Shown here: one piece after another, positions 24,735 to 37,385 of the stretch
Numbering within the stretch: the stretch's first letter is position 1
Layout of the letters: every line of letters begins with the position of its first letter
Source: Balanoglossus misakiensis
Taxonomy: Eukaryota; Animalia; Hemichordata
DNA: 64,000 nucleotides
Direction: 5' to 3'
NCBI GenBank assembly: GCA_040954595.2
Contig: CM082584.2
Span: forward strand, 6,963,919-7,027,918
Made by a program: the position numbers and the translations under genes
Notes under the pieces: model-generated
What the model was told of the DNA's origin: nothing
Seen by the model: only the letters and a program-made list of their open reading frames with translations
The model's database searches: none

Positions 24735-27700
24735 TTATGTATTTCTGACAAGTATACAAATTTATGCACTGTTTTTGAATACCCAGCATTTATGTGTAGA
24801 GATATAAATCGTTTTGTACACACGTTGCAAGACTGCCTTAGTTTACCCGAGACTGCGGGTACATCGGACAGAAGGGCGGGAAAAAGACTCAAAGGGTTCC
24901 ACTTCTCGTTCGTGGACAAGAAATATGGCGGCTTTCTCTGACGTAAAACGAAGCGTTAGCAAACTGGACGTGCATGCAGTAACACCCAAAGTTAGACCGG
25001 ATTAGACTGTGGCAGTTGAGTTCCATTATCGAAAAATCGAAACAGGAACCGCGAACCCGTTTTTTTCTGACGGGCGTTATAGTTGACGTCCGTCAAGTCT
25101 TGTTTTATAGGAAAGACGAGACACGACTATATTGTTGGGATATGTTTATTCAGAACACAAATTCCGGCATGATGACGAGTATAGTTATCGATACTGATGG
25201 CACATGTACCGAGGAATAAACACGCAGCACAAAAATTGATTTATCGACAATTAAACACGCGTGTTCACTTACCGGCCTGGTGATGAATATAGTTTATGTC
25301 AAGGACACACGCTTTAGGCTATACAAGAACGGAAAATATTGTAGAAAACTACCCAAACCGCGGACATTCAATTGGTATGAATTAAGTATGTGTGTATACT
25401 TCCTTTGGTTTCTAAGAAAACTAAATAAATATGGAACAATTGGGGACAGCTTTAATTCCGTCGTTTACAGCCTGGCCACTAGTCCTATTTCTAGAATATT
25501 AATAGTTGTAGATATTGAAGAGAACTGGTCGTAAATGGTCCCATAATTCAAGCTATGCTGGGGACCGTGAGTTTATTTACCAAAACGTCTGATTAAACAC
25601 GCTTCCCTTGAATTAGAAGTTGCAGCAAAAATATTACTTCACAGTCATCTGGTCTGAGAATCCTCTTACTCATAACTTGTATTGTTACCTAAATATTGGA
25701 CATAAACATGGTTGTTGCTAAAATTGACTTTGTGACCAGGCGACAACACAGAGAATAGTGCAACTGACCATTAATTCATGCCAAGGCCTATGCACTTACA
25801 TTAACCTACAACAGCTGGGCGATATAATATGCGCCCCAAATTATCCAGAGTGTACCAAAATTAGTATATTTATAAACTGTTAAATATTGTCGTGTTCTTC
25901 ACAAAGAACTCTGCAGTTTGTGAAAAGATCTTGTGGTCTGGGTTTGGAACCGTGTACCTTCTAAGACTTATTCTAAGAATATATATAATAAGCTTATAAA
26001 ATATATCAATACATGTAATTGTATTCACAGGGTCAATGTTAAGTGCATCGACAGGACATGGCCATTCTAATCCTGGGTTCACAACCTTAAAAGGACAAGG
26101 TCACAACGGGTCACTGGTATCATCTGTACTTTCTTGTCATGAATACCCGGATGTGGTTCACATTCCTTCGTTTCAAGAAAATTCGCCAACTGACACTTAG
26201 CTCACGGCATTAATAAGGCCATATTCGGGAAATGTTTGATGTGGCGTTACCCCCCCCCCCCCTTACTATTCTATTTTTTCACTTGGGCCAATCTTTAAAG
26301 CTGTAGCATTCTATTGCGTAAAAAAGAACCTGATAATCATGCATTTGGTTGAAAATGTTACATCCGGTCACACGGACAAAAGTTTCAGAGAAGTCTCCCA
26401 CTTTTGAGCGCTGAAGACATCTGAATGCGACCACTGCCACGCGCGCGTCGACACGTACACAGGTTGGAAACCCGTTCGAAATCTTGGATACTGCCGTCGC
26501 GGTCAGGAGGAATGGGATAAACATAATTAGATGAGGTTAACAGGTTGTGTTCAGAAGTACCAGCAGAGTTTTGGAGTTGTTACCCTGGCACGCGTTTATT
26601 GGGGTCGCGATATGCTGTACGTGGTTTTCCAAGGCCATTGTCCCCCAGTTGCTGACAATGTTTATGTCTGTGCTTGCAATATGCGGCATGTATGTACATG
26701 TTTGCATGCTTTATAATACTTGTACCGCACGTGTAGGTCACAAATATAAAAACTATGCAACACGTTGAAAATCTGTTTCAAAAATAATACGAAGAGGAGA
26801 ACGCAACCTTCTTGACTTGATAATTAAGCGATGGTTGTAGGGCACACGCCCAATTTCGCAATAAACATCAAAGTACATGTATTAGGAAAACAAAAACAAA
26901 CCTCGACACAGCCATTTACATGTATATGTATACCATCACGACTGCCAACACGTAAACCCCTTTATCAATGAAATTTAGCCGACGCGGGCTGAAACGAAGA
27001 AGATGGCCTGACGCCTTAGGTTTCAATGAATAATAACACAAAATGCAAAACTGCTCTCCATAGAAGACGTCCATGGGCAACAGTTTATATGTGATAGAGA
27101 TACTTGTACTGAATTTGATATACTAACTAAATCAATGTCATAAGCGGACTTGGTAATTTAATTGTGTTATTTACAATGCTCCTTCGAAGCCACTAACTTA
27201 AATGGTTTGTTTTGTACCAATTGACAACCGTCCCCGAATTGGTGTGCCATCACCAACATAGTTTATAAAAATAACACTAATTTTACATCAGATTTATTTA
27301 TGTATCATAGTCTTGTTTTACACTGCGCACAGTCTGTGTAGGCTACATCTGTGGGAAATTGGTCATGTGACCTCGACTGTCTCTAACCACAACATGGCAT
27401 GTCGGTGATAAAAGTGCCTGTGGAGTCACAAAGGTGTTTCAAGCGAAAATAAAAAAATTATTTCTCCGTTCTCGCCGTCATTATCAGAACGGGTCGCAAA
27501 ATTAGTTGTTCGCGGCGCAAGTCGTCATTGTACCGTGCAAAACGCACTTGCACCGGCCGTCAGTTCCAAGGCGCAAACTGTCGGTATGAATGGGCTTCAG
27601 GACTTTACACTGACGTGGGGCTGCAGCTGGTTGAAGACGAGCAACATCTGTGCTGCGGCCAACGGTGAATTGCATGAATTCAAAGAGATCAGTGTACAGA

Positions 27701-28873
27701 CCAGGCCAATGAGAGTATCTATCCAGATGTTCGTATATGAATGGACCCTCACAGTATACCAGAAATCCATGGTTGATGTTCGTCCACCAACTAAATAATT
27801 CACAACCGGGGCGGCGAGTTACATGTTGTCAGTATATATTAGCTAGGCAGCGCTAATTAAGACATGTATTTGATTGGGGAAAAAACATTAGCGTCATAAA
27901 ATATACATAACCTCATGAAATATACATAATTATATCATGTTATATATTTAACTGTTTCACTGTAACATATTGGTAATTTTCATCGAGGCTGATAATGGGC
28001 ATCGCGTACCATGCAACTTTGGCTGGGTTACCCGAGACTAGTACCCGCTCGTTTGTTGCAGTGTACTCGTCAATTATCTTGTAATGAGGGGTTCCAAATA
28101 GAGAGAGTCGTGTGTATAGGGAAAGTTAATTTGAATACAACGGAATATCCGGTGAGTGCGTACGAATATGTGGTGCTACACGCGACCAACTTACAACGCG
28201 TGCCAGTTGAAGTGTGAAGTACAGCAACCTGTGTGAAACGCCAAAGGAAGTTTGTAGATGATTCCGGGAACTTCCTCTCAAAGGTGAGTGAGCTTAGTGA
28301 GTGGGTGTATTAATTGGCGGGACCCGAGGAAAGGCGACCGTGTGTGACTCAAATTCCATTAAGCGTTGTTTGCTTTCCTTTGACCGCTTACCCACCGAAA
28401 TGAACTGATGCTAAATACGGCGAGTTGTAAAACACGGTGTATAAATAGTCGTAACCTATGCAAATTGGCTGAACGGTGTACACGCTAAATGACAAAGTCC
28501 AGTCCTGTATTAATAATCGCTGCGTAGAGAGGCAAGCCGCTTTTCTGATGTCATCGCGCGCTCAGCCTTCCTCTGGATGTCGAGAAACTAAATTGTTTTG
28601 TTTCAAACACGTGCGTATTATTTGCTTCTGTTTCAGTGCGAAGTTCTTGTAGAACATTGGCAATCGTACGGTGTTAAATTGTGGTGTCGTGCGTGCGAAG
28701 AGAGATGACATAACTCGGAGCGTTCAGAAACCCCGAAACCCTGACCTATGGTGACAGGATCGACCAGACGTAGTGTTCTCGCAAGCACAGGCCAAGGTAA
28801 GGCACCGTGTTAACCCGCGAGGCTTGTACGCCGGAGGCCTGGCCACTCGGCGACACACCACCACCTGTTGATC

Positions 28874-31800
28874 ATGTGCTCGCGCGATACCCAAGCGGAC
28901 GGGGACGGGAGGCAGCTGTCGCGGCCGCGGCGGCGTCGGTGTTGCGGCCGCCGCCCGAACCTCAGGCAGTGCCTGGTGTCCGACTCCCTGCAGGGCATCA
29001 TCCTGCTCACCGTGTTCGTGGTCGGCTACATGTGCCTGGGCGCCGCCGTCTTCGTGGAGCTGGAGGACCCCGAGGAGCACGTGGACCCGGCGGAGGTGAT
29101 CGGCAACATCTCGCGCAGTCTGTGGCACAGGAGCGAGCTCGACTACGACGCCTGGCTGGACTTGGTGGGCTCGGTGCTGGGAGAACACCGGCAGAGGTAC
29201 TGCAACTACGAGTACGATCCCATGAAGCAGTGGAGTTTCCTGACTGCTTTGTTTTTGTGCATGACCGCCATCACCACAATCGGTAAGTTTCCAGCGTAAT
29301 TTTTTTACAACAGCTGTCATTCGGTCAACTTAACTAATACACACTTGGTGTGCTCCATCACGTGTTGCATAGTGGTTATATAACTTTTCCTTTTAATATA
29401 TTCAGGGAAAGTTGAGTGCTTCAGTTGCGAGTATGTTTTCACAGACGTCATGCACGGCACTTGAAAGTTCGAGTTGATACTACCAAGCTGTCCGCTCCAT
29501 GCCTGACTGACGACTAAACTAAGTTTACCTGTTTTTATACAATGTGCTACAACAACAATAACTGTTTTTTTAGCTCGAGAAAAACGGGGAAAATGGAAAT
29601 AAAACGTGACAAATCAACGGCATGCCGGATTGAGAACAAGCCCGTGGCGATACATCAATCCACCTGTCGTTTTTACCTCCGTTGAGTAAGTGGTACCAGC
29701 TCATATCGCATATGCCCGTGACGCAGAAGCAAATACCAACATGACCCCCTTTTTGATAAAGTCAACGAAATGCCATCGACACGTATATAGAGCTGCATGA
29801 ATCAGACTGCGTTGCGTGGTTTCTCCACCGGATGGTGCATGGAGTCACGCAATACGATCGGAACGCCCATACGGGCGCATGAGTCAACTTTTTAGGTGGT
29901 TTAGTGTACGTGTGATAGGGATCTTCATAAAACTTACACGTAGGAGCACTTTTGCTCCCGTTTTTTACTGGTTGTGTGACTCGGGTTGGCAGCGTTGCTT
30001 CTGCGGGGCGGTTCGTTGAATCGATATGCCACCGGTATCATGGCATGCTGTCTACCTCCTTACTTTCCCATGCTCGAGTTACCATGCGATGACTTCAAGA
30101 CCAACTGGGCATTGGTTCATCGACAGAGTCACAGTGACAATACATTTGACCGGTTGAGGCGAATTGTCGCACTTGCACATACGAAGGCCAATTCCCCAGT
30201 TTGCGATACAATTATGATTTTGCGTATTAGCATTCGTTACGTCAGCATTGTACCTGATGGTTTTATATCCAGTTGTCATATGTGAAAGTCGAACACACGG
30301 CACCCTTATATCTTGTCACGGCTGTCGGCGACACCAGAGGTCAAAACGAATACAAAATGACCTTGGCGTCCTCGGGGCAGGTGGTGAATTATTTTGTTGA
30401 GTCATATCGAAAGACTGAGTTACATGGGATGTTCTGTTCAACCATAGAGGTACCAAAGAGCTCCATGGTTCATCTTGGTTGTCAGCTTGTATAAGCTTCC
30501 ATATGGCGCCATAATAATGCTTATTTGGCGGAACACTACAAAACGAGGATGTGCTATTTCTGGCCAGGCTCTTGATTTGCGTAACCGATGTTTTCATACA
30601 CCAACGCTATGTGCTTTGGACGTCCATGTCGGTTTGTTTTTGTCTTTCCTCTCACTCACCACTGGTGGCGGTGTTCAGCGTGGAATGACAAGCAACCAAG
30701 ATGCCTGCATCATTGCATTGTGTCATAGTCACGTTTGTCTGCAACTTTCTGAACGTTTTATCGTGCCCTGGAAATTGCAGGATGACGGTTGTCAATAGAA
30801 CGGAACAGAATCGGCCGGGCCTGTTGCAGTCCCGAAATAGAATAATCGAGTTTGTATTATAGACAAATGATGATGCATTGGTTGTTGCCGCGGGGGTATT
30901 GAAATGATGCCAGAACTCGGCAAACTTTCCCTGGCAGTTCAAGATTCATTTACACCCCCTCCCCAACTTGTTTACGAGAGTAATGGACTCAAAAAGCGAT
31001 TCATGTTCTGGAATAATGAAGTTTAGCTCATTTATTGGACCGGGGGTTGGCCGGCCCCTGCGGTGCACGCAGATGTGAAAGTCATGATTATACATGTACA
31101 AGTAGCACAAAAGCCGGCAACTTGAAATTCGGTGATTCCACTCTGCACTGATAAATGTACAATACAACATCTCATCCCAAAAGCGAGATTGCGTCATTAT
31201 TTTGCTCGATATCGCGCGCAGTGCTCAACGTGACCGTGTTCCACTGAGCATTTAAAAATACATGCTGTGTTCATCTGTTCCAAAGGTTTCGCTTTCATAA
31301 TGACAAATGCACTTTGACAACAGCCCATTAATTAACCAGGACAGAGTAGCGACGCTGTACAACCAGCACATGTATGTGGTTATAAATAGATCCTGTTAAC
31401 GACGCGGACACTCCGCATAAACGGTAGTATCATGCCACACAACATAAACAAATACTTGGCACTCCTGACCGTGGCCAACATGAATGGAATTTTAAGGCGA
31501 ACATAGTACAATCATGTAAACATAGTACAATCATGTAAACATAGTACAATCATGGCTAAAGTGATCATACGCTTATTGCCCCATCTCAGGAAGCACAGTA
31601 CAATAGTCCCGGTATATAATAATAATTTTGAGTTATTATTCAAATGTTTTTAACTAGAATTAACATTACCCGAAAACAGATATTTCACCAAAAAAATAAA
31701 CGAAGTTTGAATATAAGCCGTAATTCTCTGGACTTTGTCTTAGATGCCTTGGGACGTCTGTCATAGTGAAGGACCACGGCATTGGACATTTCACAAGCAT

Positions 31801-34597
31801 GGAGGAATAGACCAAATTTGCATGACCCCTACGTGACCTTACCTCCTCGTACTTCCGGTGGTATGAATCCACCAGGTTGACCAAAACCCCATCAAAAACC
31901 CTATAATTGCAGCTGTAGTCAATTAACTATACTGAATTGCAAAGGTGGCTCTTTTCAAGCAATATATTGCACCTTTCTTGTCTCAAAAATGTTGAATTTT
32001 GACAAACCCCATACCACCGGAAGTACAAGGATGTAAGGTCATATGGAGGTCATGAAAGTGACCTATTCCATGAGCGTAACAATGCCTGCAGTGGTCACAA
32101 CAATACAGTATATGTAAGGGGCTTTTGTTGTATGATGGAAAATAAAAAAAATTGTAGATATTTTCACGTTGTTTATGTACAGAGCATGGCGTTATCCGTG
32201 TCTAGAGTTTCACCTCTTTATTCTTTCATGAAGAGAAAAAAATACACGAAGAAGAAAAAACACAATATAATGAATGGTGTTCCAATATTTCAATATGAAT
32301 TGAATGTTACTGCATTAAATTGTGTTTGACTTCTCGCGTGAAATCGATCTGTCATATTTATTTTCCACGTGCCATAACAATAAATATAGTAATCCATCAT
32401 AGCAGAAACTACGTGCGTGTTTGGAAAACAGAAACTGTTTGTTTCATTAAAGGGCATGCGTTCTCATATAAGGAAAAAATGAATTTACGATTCTTCAAGG
32501 TCGAATATTGGGGTCCTACTTTTGTTATTTGACCATTGGCGTCCTGCATACTCCTCCAGACCAAGCAATCTCAAGATAACCTTTTCAACACTTTTTTGTC
32601 TTTCAGGTTACGGGACTGTCACGCCCCAGTCGCCGACAGGAAGGCTTTTTCTGACATTTTACTCCGTCCTCGGCATACCTTTATTTCTGTTGTTTCTGTC
32701 AAATTCCGGGGTGGTGGTCGCCGCCAAGACGAGGGATAGCTTCAAGAGCATGCGCAAAGCGGCCAAGAAGACCACCAGGCGACTGAGCCAGAGCATCTAC
32801 GTGCGGCGGCAGTCCAGGGTGTCCTTGGAAAACGACGAGACGAAGGGCAGTTTTAGGAAACGCGGCGGACGTCACGGAGGAGAGGCGGAGGGCGTCCGTG
32901 ACGACATTGAAATGACGGAGACGGAGCACAGCCAGAAGCTCGTTGAAGAGTTGATTGAAGCGGACTACAGGCGGCGGAGCCTGGGAACTGAAGACGGGCA
33001 CGCCAATCCTGGTCTGGTGGATCTCGATCTCGATAGTAACCCGTTGTCGGTCACTGCAACGGTCGATGGTCTGCCGGCTATCTCCGCCGCCACTGACGAA
33101 AACTGTTCGGTGAATGGACCGATCTCCAGCAAGGAGGGCATCAGAAGACGCAGCAGCGACTCGGAATCGGCTGTTTTCGGAATATATGACGAGCAAATGA
33201 TCACCGCTCGACCGCTGCGGGTTAAAGAGGCGGAGGAGGGCGATTCGAAGAACAGCGACTATCAAGTGGTTTTAGCCGAACAGTCCGACAACAGAAATCA
33301 GTCGGAAGATGGTAAAAGCGATGTTCAATACGTGGATGATACTGTGGAGATAAGATGCGAAGACGACAGGCAAGTACAATTTACTGATTTATCGAACATG
33401 CAAATTTGCCCAACGGCAGAGAATTCAAACTTCCAATCGCAGGGATTCTGTCGTAAGCCGGAAAGCAACGAAAATTCATGCTTAGTTATCGGTGAGACCG
33501 AAACAAACGGAAACCAGTCTTTGTCCGTAAGCTGTGACGATACACACGGTGAAGCAGACGACAAAGTTGACAATGTCAGTATTCAGGATGTCGTCGAAGG
33601 CGGGAAAGCGGACGACGGTTCAAACAGTGAAGAATCGCCGAAAAGAACGCGAAAGAATGGGGTGCACGCGATTCAACCAGGTCTTTGCCAAGTCTGCAGA
33701 AATTCCAATAGAGACGGCGACGCCCCGGGGAAAGCCGTGAGCAACGGGCCGGTGCCTCGTCGTGCAAACGATTGCTCGGGGCGGCATTCGAATGGAAAGT
33801 GGAAACAGTCTGTCGGAGGCGACGACTCCATCAATCACGGCACGGTTGATCCGGCGGCGAGAGCGGTCAGAGACCTCAGCCGGGGATCGTCGAATTGCGT
33901 CAGACGCAGCAGCGAACCGGTTGGCATCATGCACACCCCTCGGAAGGAGGTACGGGTCAAGTGCGAAAATTGCGGACACATTACGACTCGCGTGGACTGC
34001 AACATGTGTCAGCCGAAGCTTAAGAAGAAAATAAGCTTCGAGGCTGACGTTTCGAGGGGGGACGACACGCCGTCGGACCACAGTGACAGCACCAGCCACA
34101 GGTCGAGAACGGACAGTTTTGAGAGCAGTGACGCCGCGTCCACCTCCCAGGACAGGGCCCTGAGCGTGCTGGCCGTGGTGTACGTCATTTACACTCTGGG
34201 CGGGTCGTGTCTCTTCATGTACTGGGAGGGTGAACAGCAGTGGGACTACATCTCCTCGTTTTATTTCTGCGTCACCACCCTGACCACGATCGGCTTCGGG
34301 GACCTGATGCTCGACCTGGCGGAGGGGGGATCCGAAATCGTGGCCTGGAAAACGATTGTGTTCATACTCTACACCTTGGTCGGGTTGATTCTTCTGTCCG
34401 CCTGCTTCAGTCTCGCGCAGGAGAAGTTGAAGAACGTGGCCCACAAGGTCATGGCCAGGCTACACATCACTCAGTACTGCCAAATGTGTGCCGACAGGTG
34501 CAGTCACTGCTGCGGGAGGGACAGCTGCGAGATGGATGAGGCCATTGACGTAAGAATAGAAAATAGCAACGCCAGACCAGAGAATATCGAGGTATAA
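28874..34597 (+). CDS. K2P potassium channel 7 with very long (~475 aa) M2-M3 loop; join(28874..29282,32607..34597), ~799 aa
   Basis: M1 YMCLGAAVFVELE; P1 TTIG|YGT (GTAAGT...TTTCAG); M2 YSVLGIPLF; P2 TTIGFGD; M4; Cys-rich tail. Confidence 0.92.
31500..31554. repeat. Minisatellite, 19 bp unit aacatagtacaatcatgta x~2.8
   Basis: Direct reading. Confidence 0.85.
31797..32073. repeat. Foldback/inverted repeat in the intron of K2P-7 (probable non-autonomous TE)
   Basis: catgacccctacgtgaccttacctcctcgtacttccggtggtatg (31821-31865) is an imperfect reverse complement of cataccaccggaagtacaaggatgtaaggtcatatggaggtcatg (32010-32054). Confidence 0.7.
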
Positions 34598-37385
34598 TTG
34601 ATTGACTGACAACCTACAATCATATGGAGATCAACAACAGAAACACTGGCCGGGATATCTATTCCTGTCCAGAAGAAAATGAACGTGAACTTCTCATATT
34701 AGCGGAGGAAATGAACACTCCTTAAAGTCGTTAGATTGTATTGTCGTTTATTGCAGATGTCACCTAGTTTAACACAATAGGATTGTAATTAGTATTATAA
34801 TTATATTGCAATAACGAACGATTTAATATATGGGTAGTGTTTTATGTACCCTTTAGGCTATTTTAAATGGCTATTTTAAATAGTCATGTCAGTCACCATG
34901 TGTAGGGGCAATTCTGGTAAAATTGTATACTGTTTTACTAGGCTTTTCCAGTCATATTTTGTCAAACAAATATTTTCCGCCAAATTTTAGTACTCGGTGG
35001 AAAACTATCCGGACGTGACGTCACAAGGTCTTACGCCTTCGTTATCCGGTGGCACCTTATAAAGGACTCACCCCCCCCCCCCCAGAAATATCATACCTGA
35101 AATGATGGAACGTGATACACCACAGGCGACTACCGCATATTCGGCTAACAAACAACTCGGGAAATACATACATGTGATGGTCGGGTCGGTTATTAACCAG
35201 TGTAAGTTTGCTTATCCATGCCAGCAAAGACAAGGAATCATAAAATGTCTGTTCCATCTGGAACGCAAAGGCCATCGCCCTCTTTTTGCCTTCAATGCGA
35301 CTCCAACCACCACCACCACCACATTACTGAGCCAACTGTTTTTATTGCTTTGTTCACGCCCATGTCGCTTTGTTTTAATCAAATGCGGTGTGTAATTAAA
35401 ATATAAGACCTTGGCAAGATCATTTGCTGTTCCCGGCCGCGTGCACCTCGTGCATCATTTGACTGTAGTTTAATACCATGTCGGCATTTATAGAGAAACG
35501 TTGGCGTTTTTATGCGGGCAGAGCGTTTGGACCTCCTCGTGAATAAACATACGGTCAAATTAAATGTTGCAAAATTTCAAGTTGGCGGTGCACTTCAAAT
35601 AATAGCTATTTTCGCTGAATACGGAAAACTTGATGGTATAAATGTTATATTTTCTATACTTTTGACTAGAATGTATCTTCGATGTCAGAAACATCGAGAT
35701 TTTTTTTTATCATAAATACACTAATAAATAAATAAATTCAAAAGTATAGCCGGTTAACAGATCTCATTTACATATTGATCGCCAACTTCTCAGCGATTCC
35801 ATGGTGTGTACGGGTTTGCCGAGGCCTGTGTTGCGCATTTTGTGGTCTATTCCATTATCTCTGCAGGGTTTGTCGCGTTACTCATCTTGTTTCCAAAATA
35901 AGCCATCACTTTCTTCTCCGGGTCTCTACTCGATACCGTTCATGCACGCTAGTATCGACAACTAATTAGCCACTGGACCGGAACACGCCGTTTAAGCTTC
36001 GCTGTATTCTCTGGAGACCACGGTCATCAGCTATGTTTAAATTGTGGTGAAATGATGTGTACACTTGTATTGAGTGGGGATGGGGTTCAACAAAGAATTT
36101 TGGGCTCTCTCAGGCACCTTTTAACCACCTGGTCTTTGCACTCTGCAGTCTTTCGCCTCTCCGTCGATTCACCTCTGACATAGATGCATGAGCACTTTGT
36201 CCCTGGGTCTCCTGTTACTTTATTTTGTATTCTTATCAAATTGCCGATGATTACAGTCTGAAATGGTCTTTATTATTGTAACGGCGTCGTACAGATAAAT
36301 TATCGCTAGATTTAATGAACGCGTGTTGTCACACGAAAACGCCGGCCGGGTAAACACACCTTCGATTCGCTGCCTGTCCATCAATTGAATGTGACAAAGG
36401 ATATTAATATCAACAGCAGATTAGACATAAATGAAAGCGTTAAATATTTATTGAAATGCGTTTATTAAATTCAGTTTGAAAGGGAAAAGTTCAATGCGCA
36501 TGCGGGGGGTGACAGTAGAGAGTCGCTGTTCATCTCTGGTGGCATAACGAACTGGAGTTGAGAGAAATTATTTTCTCCATCTATTCTCAAATGTCAACGT
36601 CAATGGAAAATGCCACGGAGTTGGTTTCTTAAATAAGAATTCTTAGATTCGAAACACGGTGTTGTCGTCATAGCACCCTTAGAGTGAGAATTAAAATACA
36701 TGATTAAGCTTGTCTTTCATTGAATTAGCTAAATTAGTCCGCTTCCGTCAAATTTGACGAGTACCTCTGAATATATACACCCCTGAAATTTGGTGAATTT
36801 TTAGACACTGTTTCTGCTGGTCCTTCCACTGTCCATTTGAGTGCTTAATATGTCCAGTGATCTCAGCACTGGTACACTCAGAAATTGTAAGCTTACCACT
36901 GTGTACAATCATGTACTGCTAGACATAGCTCAAACCTGTGTATACATGTACAGCCCTATCTATAACAGATATTACTGCCCATGTCTTGCATGGCTCGGTT
37001 ACAAGCATATATGCCCCGGAATCTTTCTATGGGTTTCTAATTCTAGATGTGTAGGCAAAAGGGAATACATTTTCATGGTGATATTGTCGATACCTGAATG
37101 TGATACATTCTACATCGGTTCATGCTTTCTAGTTGTGTTACCCGTACATAATTCTAATTTTGTATCAAATCGGCAGTCATTTTCCTTGGCGTTTTAATTA
37201 ATTGGTTTTACGCATGATTTTCACACGTCGAAACAGTTTAGTTGTCTGAGATCAAGGAGGCTGTGGCAATTGTTCGTGACGTCACGCACAATTTCGTCAC
37301 CTTCCAGTGACAGTGTGTTCCAAGGTTATAAATTTTCCTCCTTTTGCTCAGACGCTGAAGATGATCTATAGTCATCGATGTATTA

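Noticed and set aside
22400-28000. Additional K2P pseudogene in the gap between channels 6 and 7
   Set aside because: No TxGYG/GFG or M1-like remnant was found; the region looks like repeat-rich intergenic DNA.
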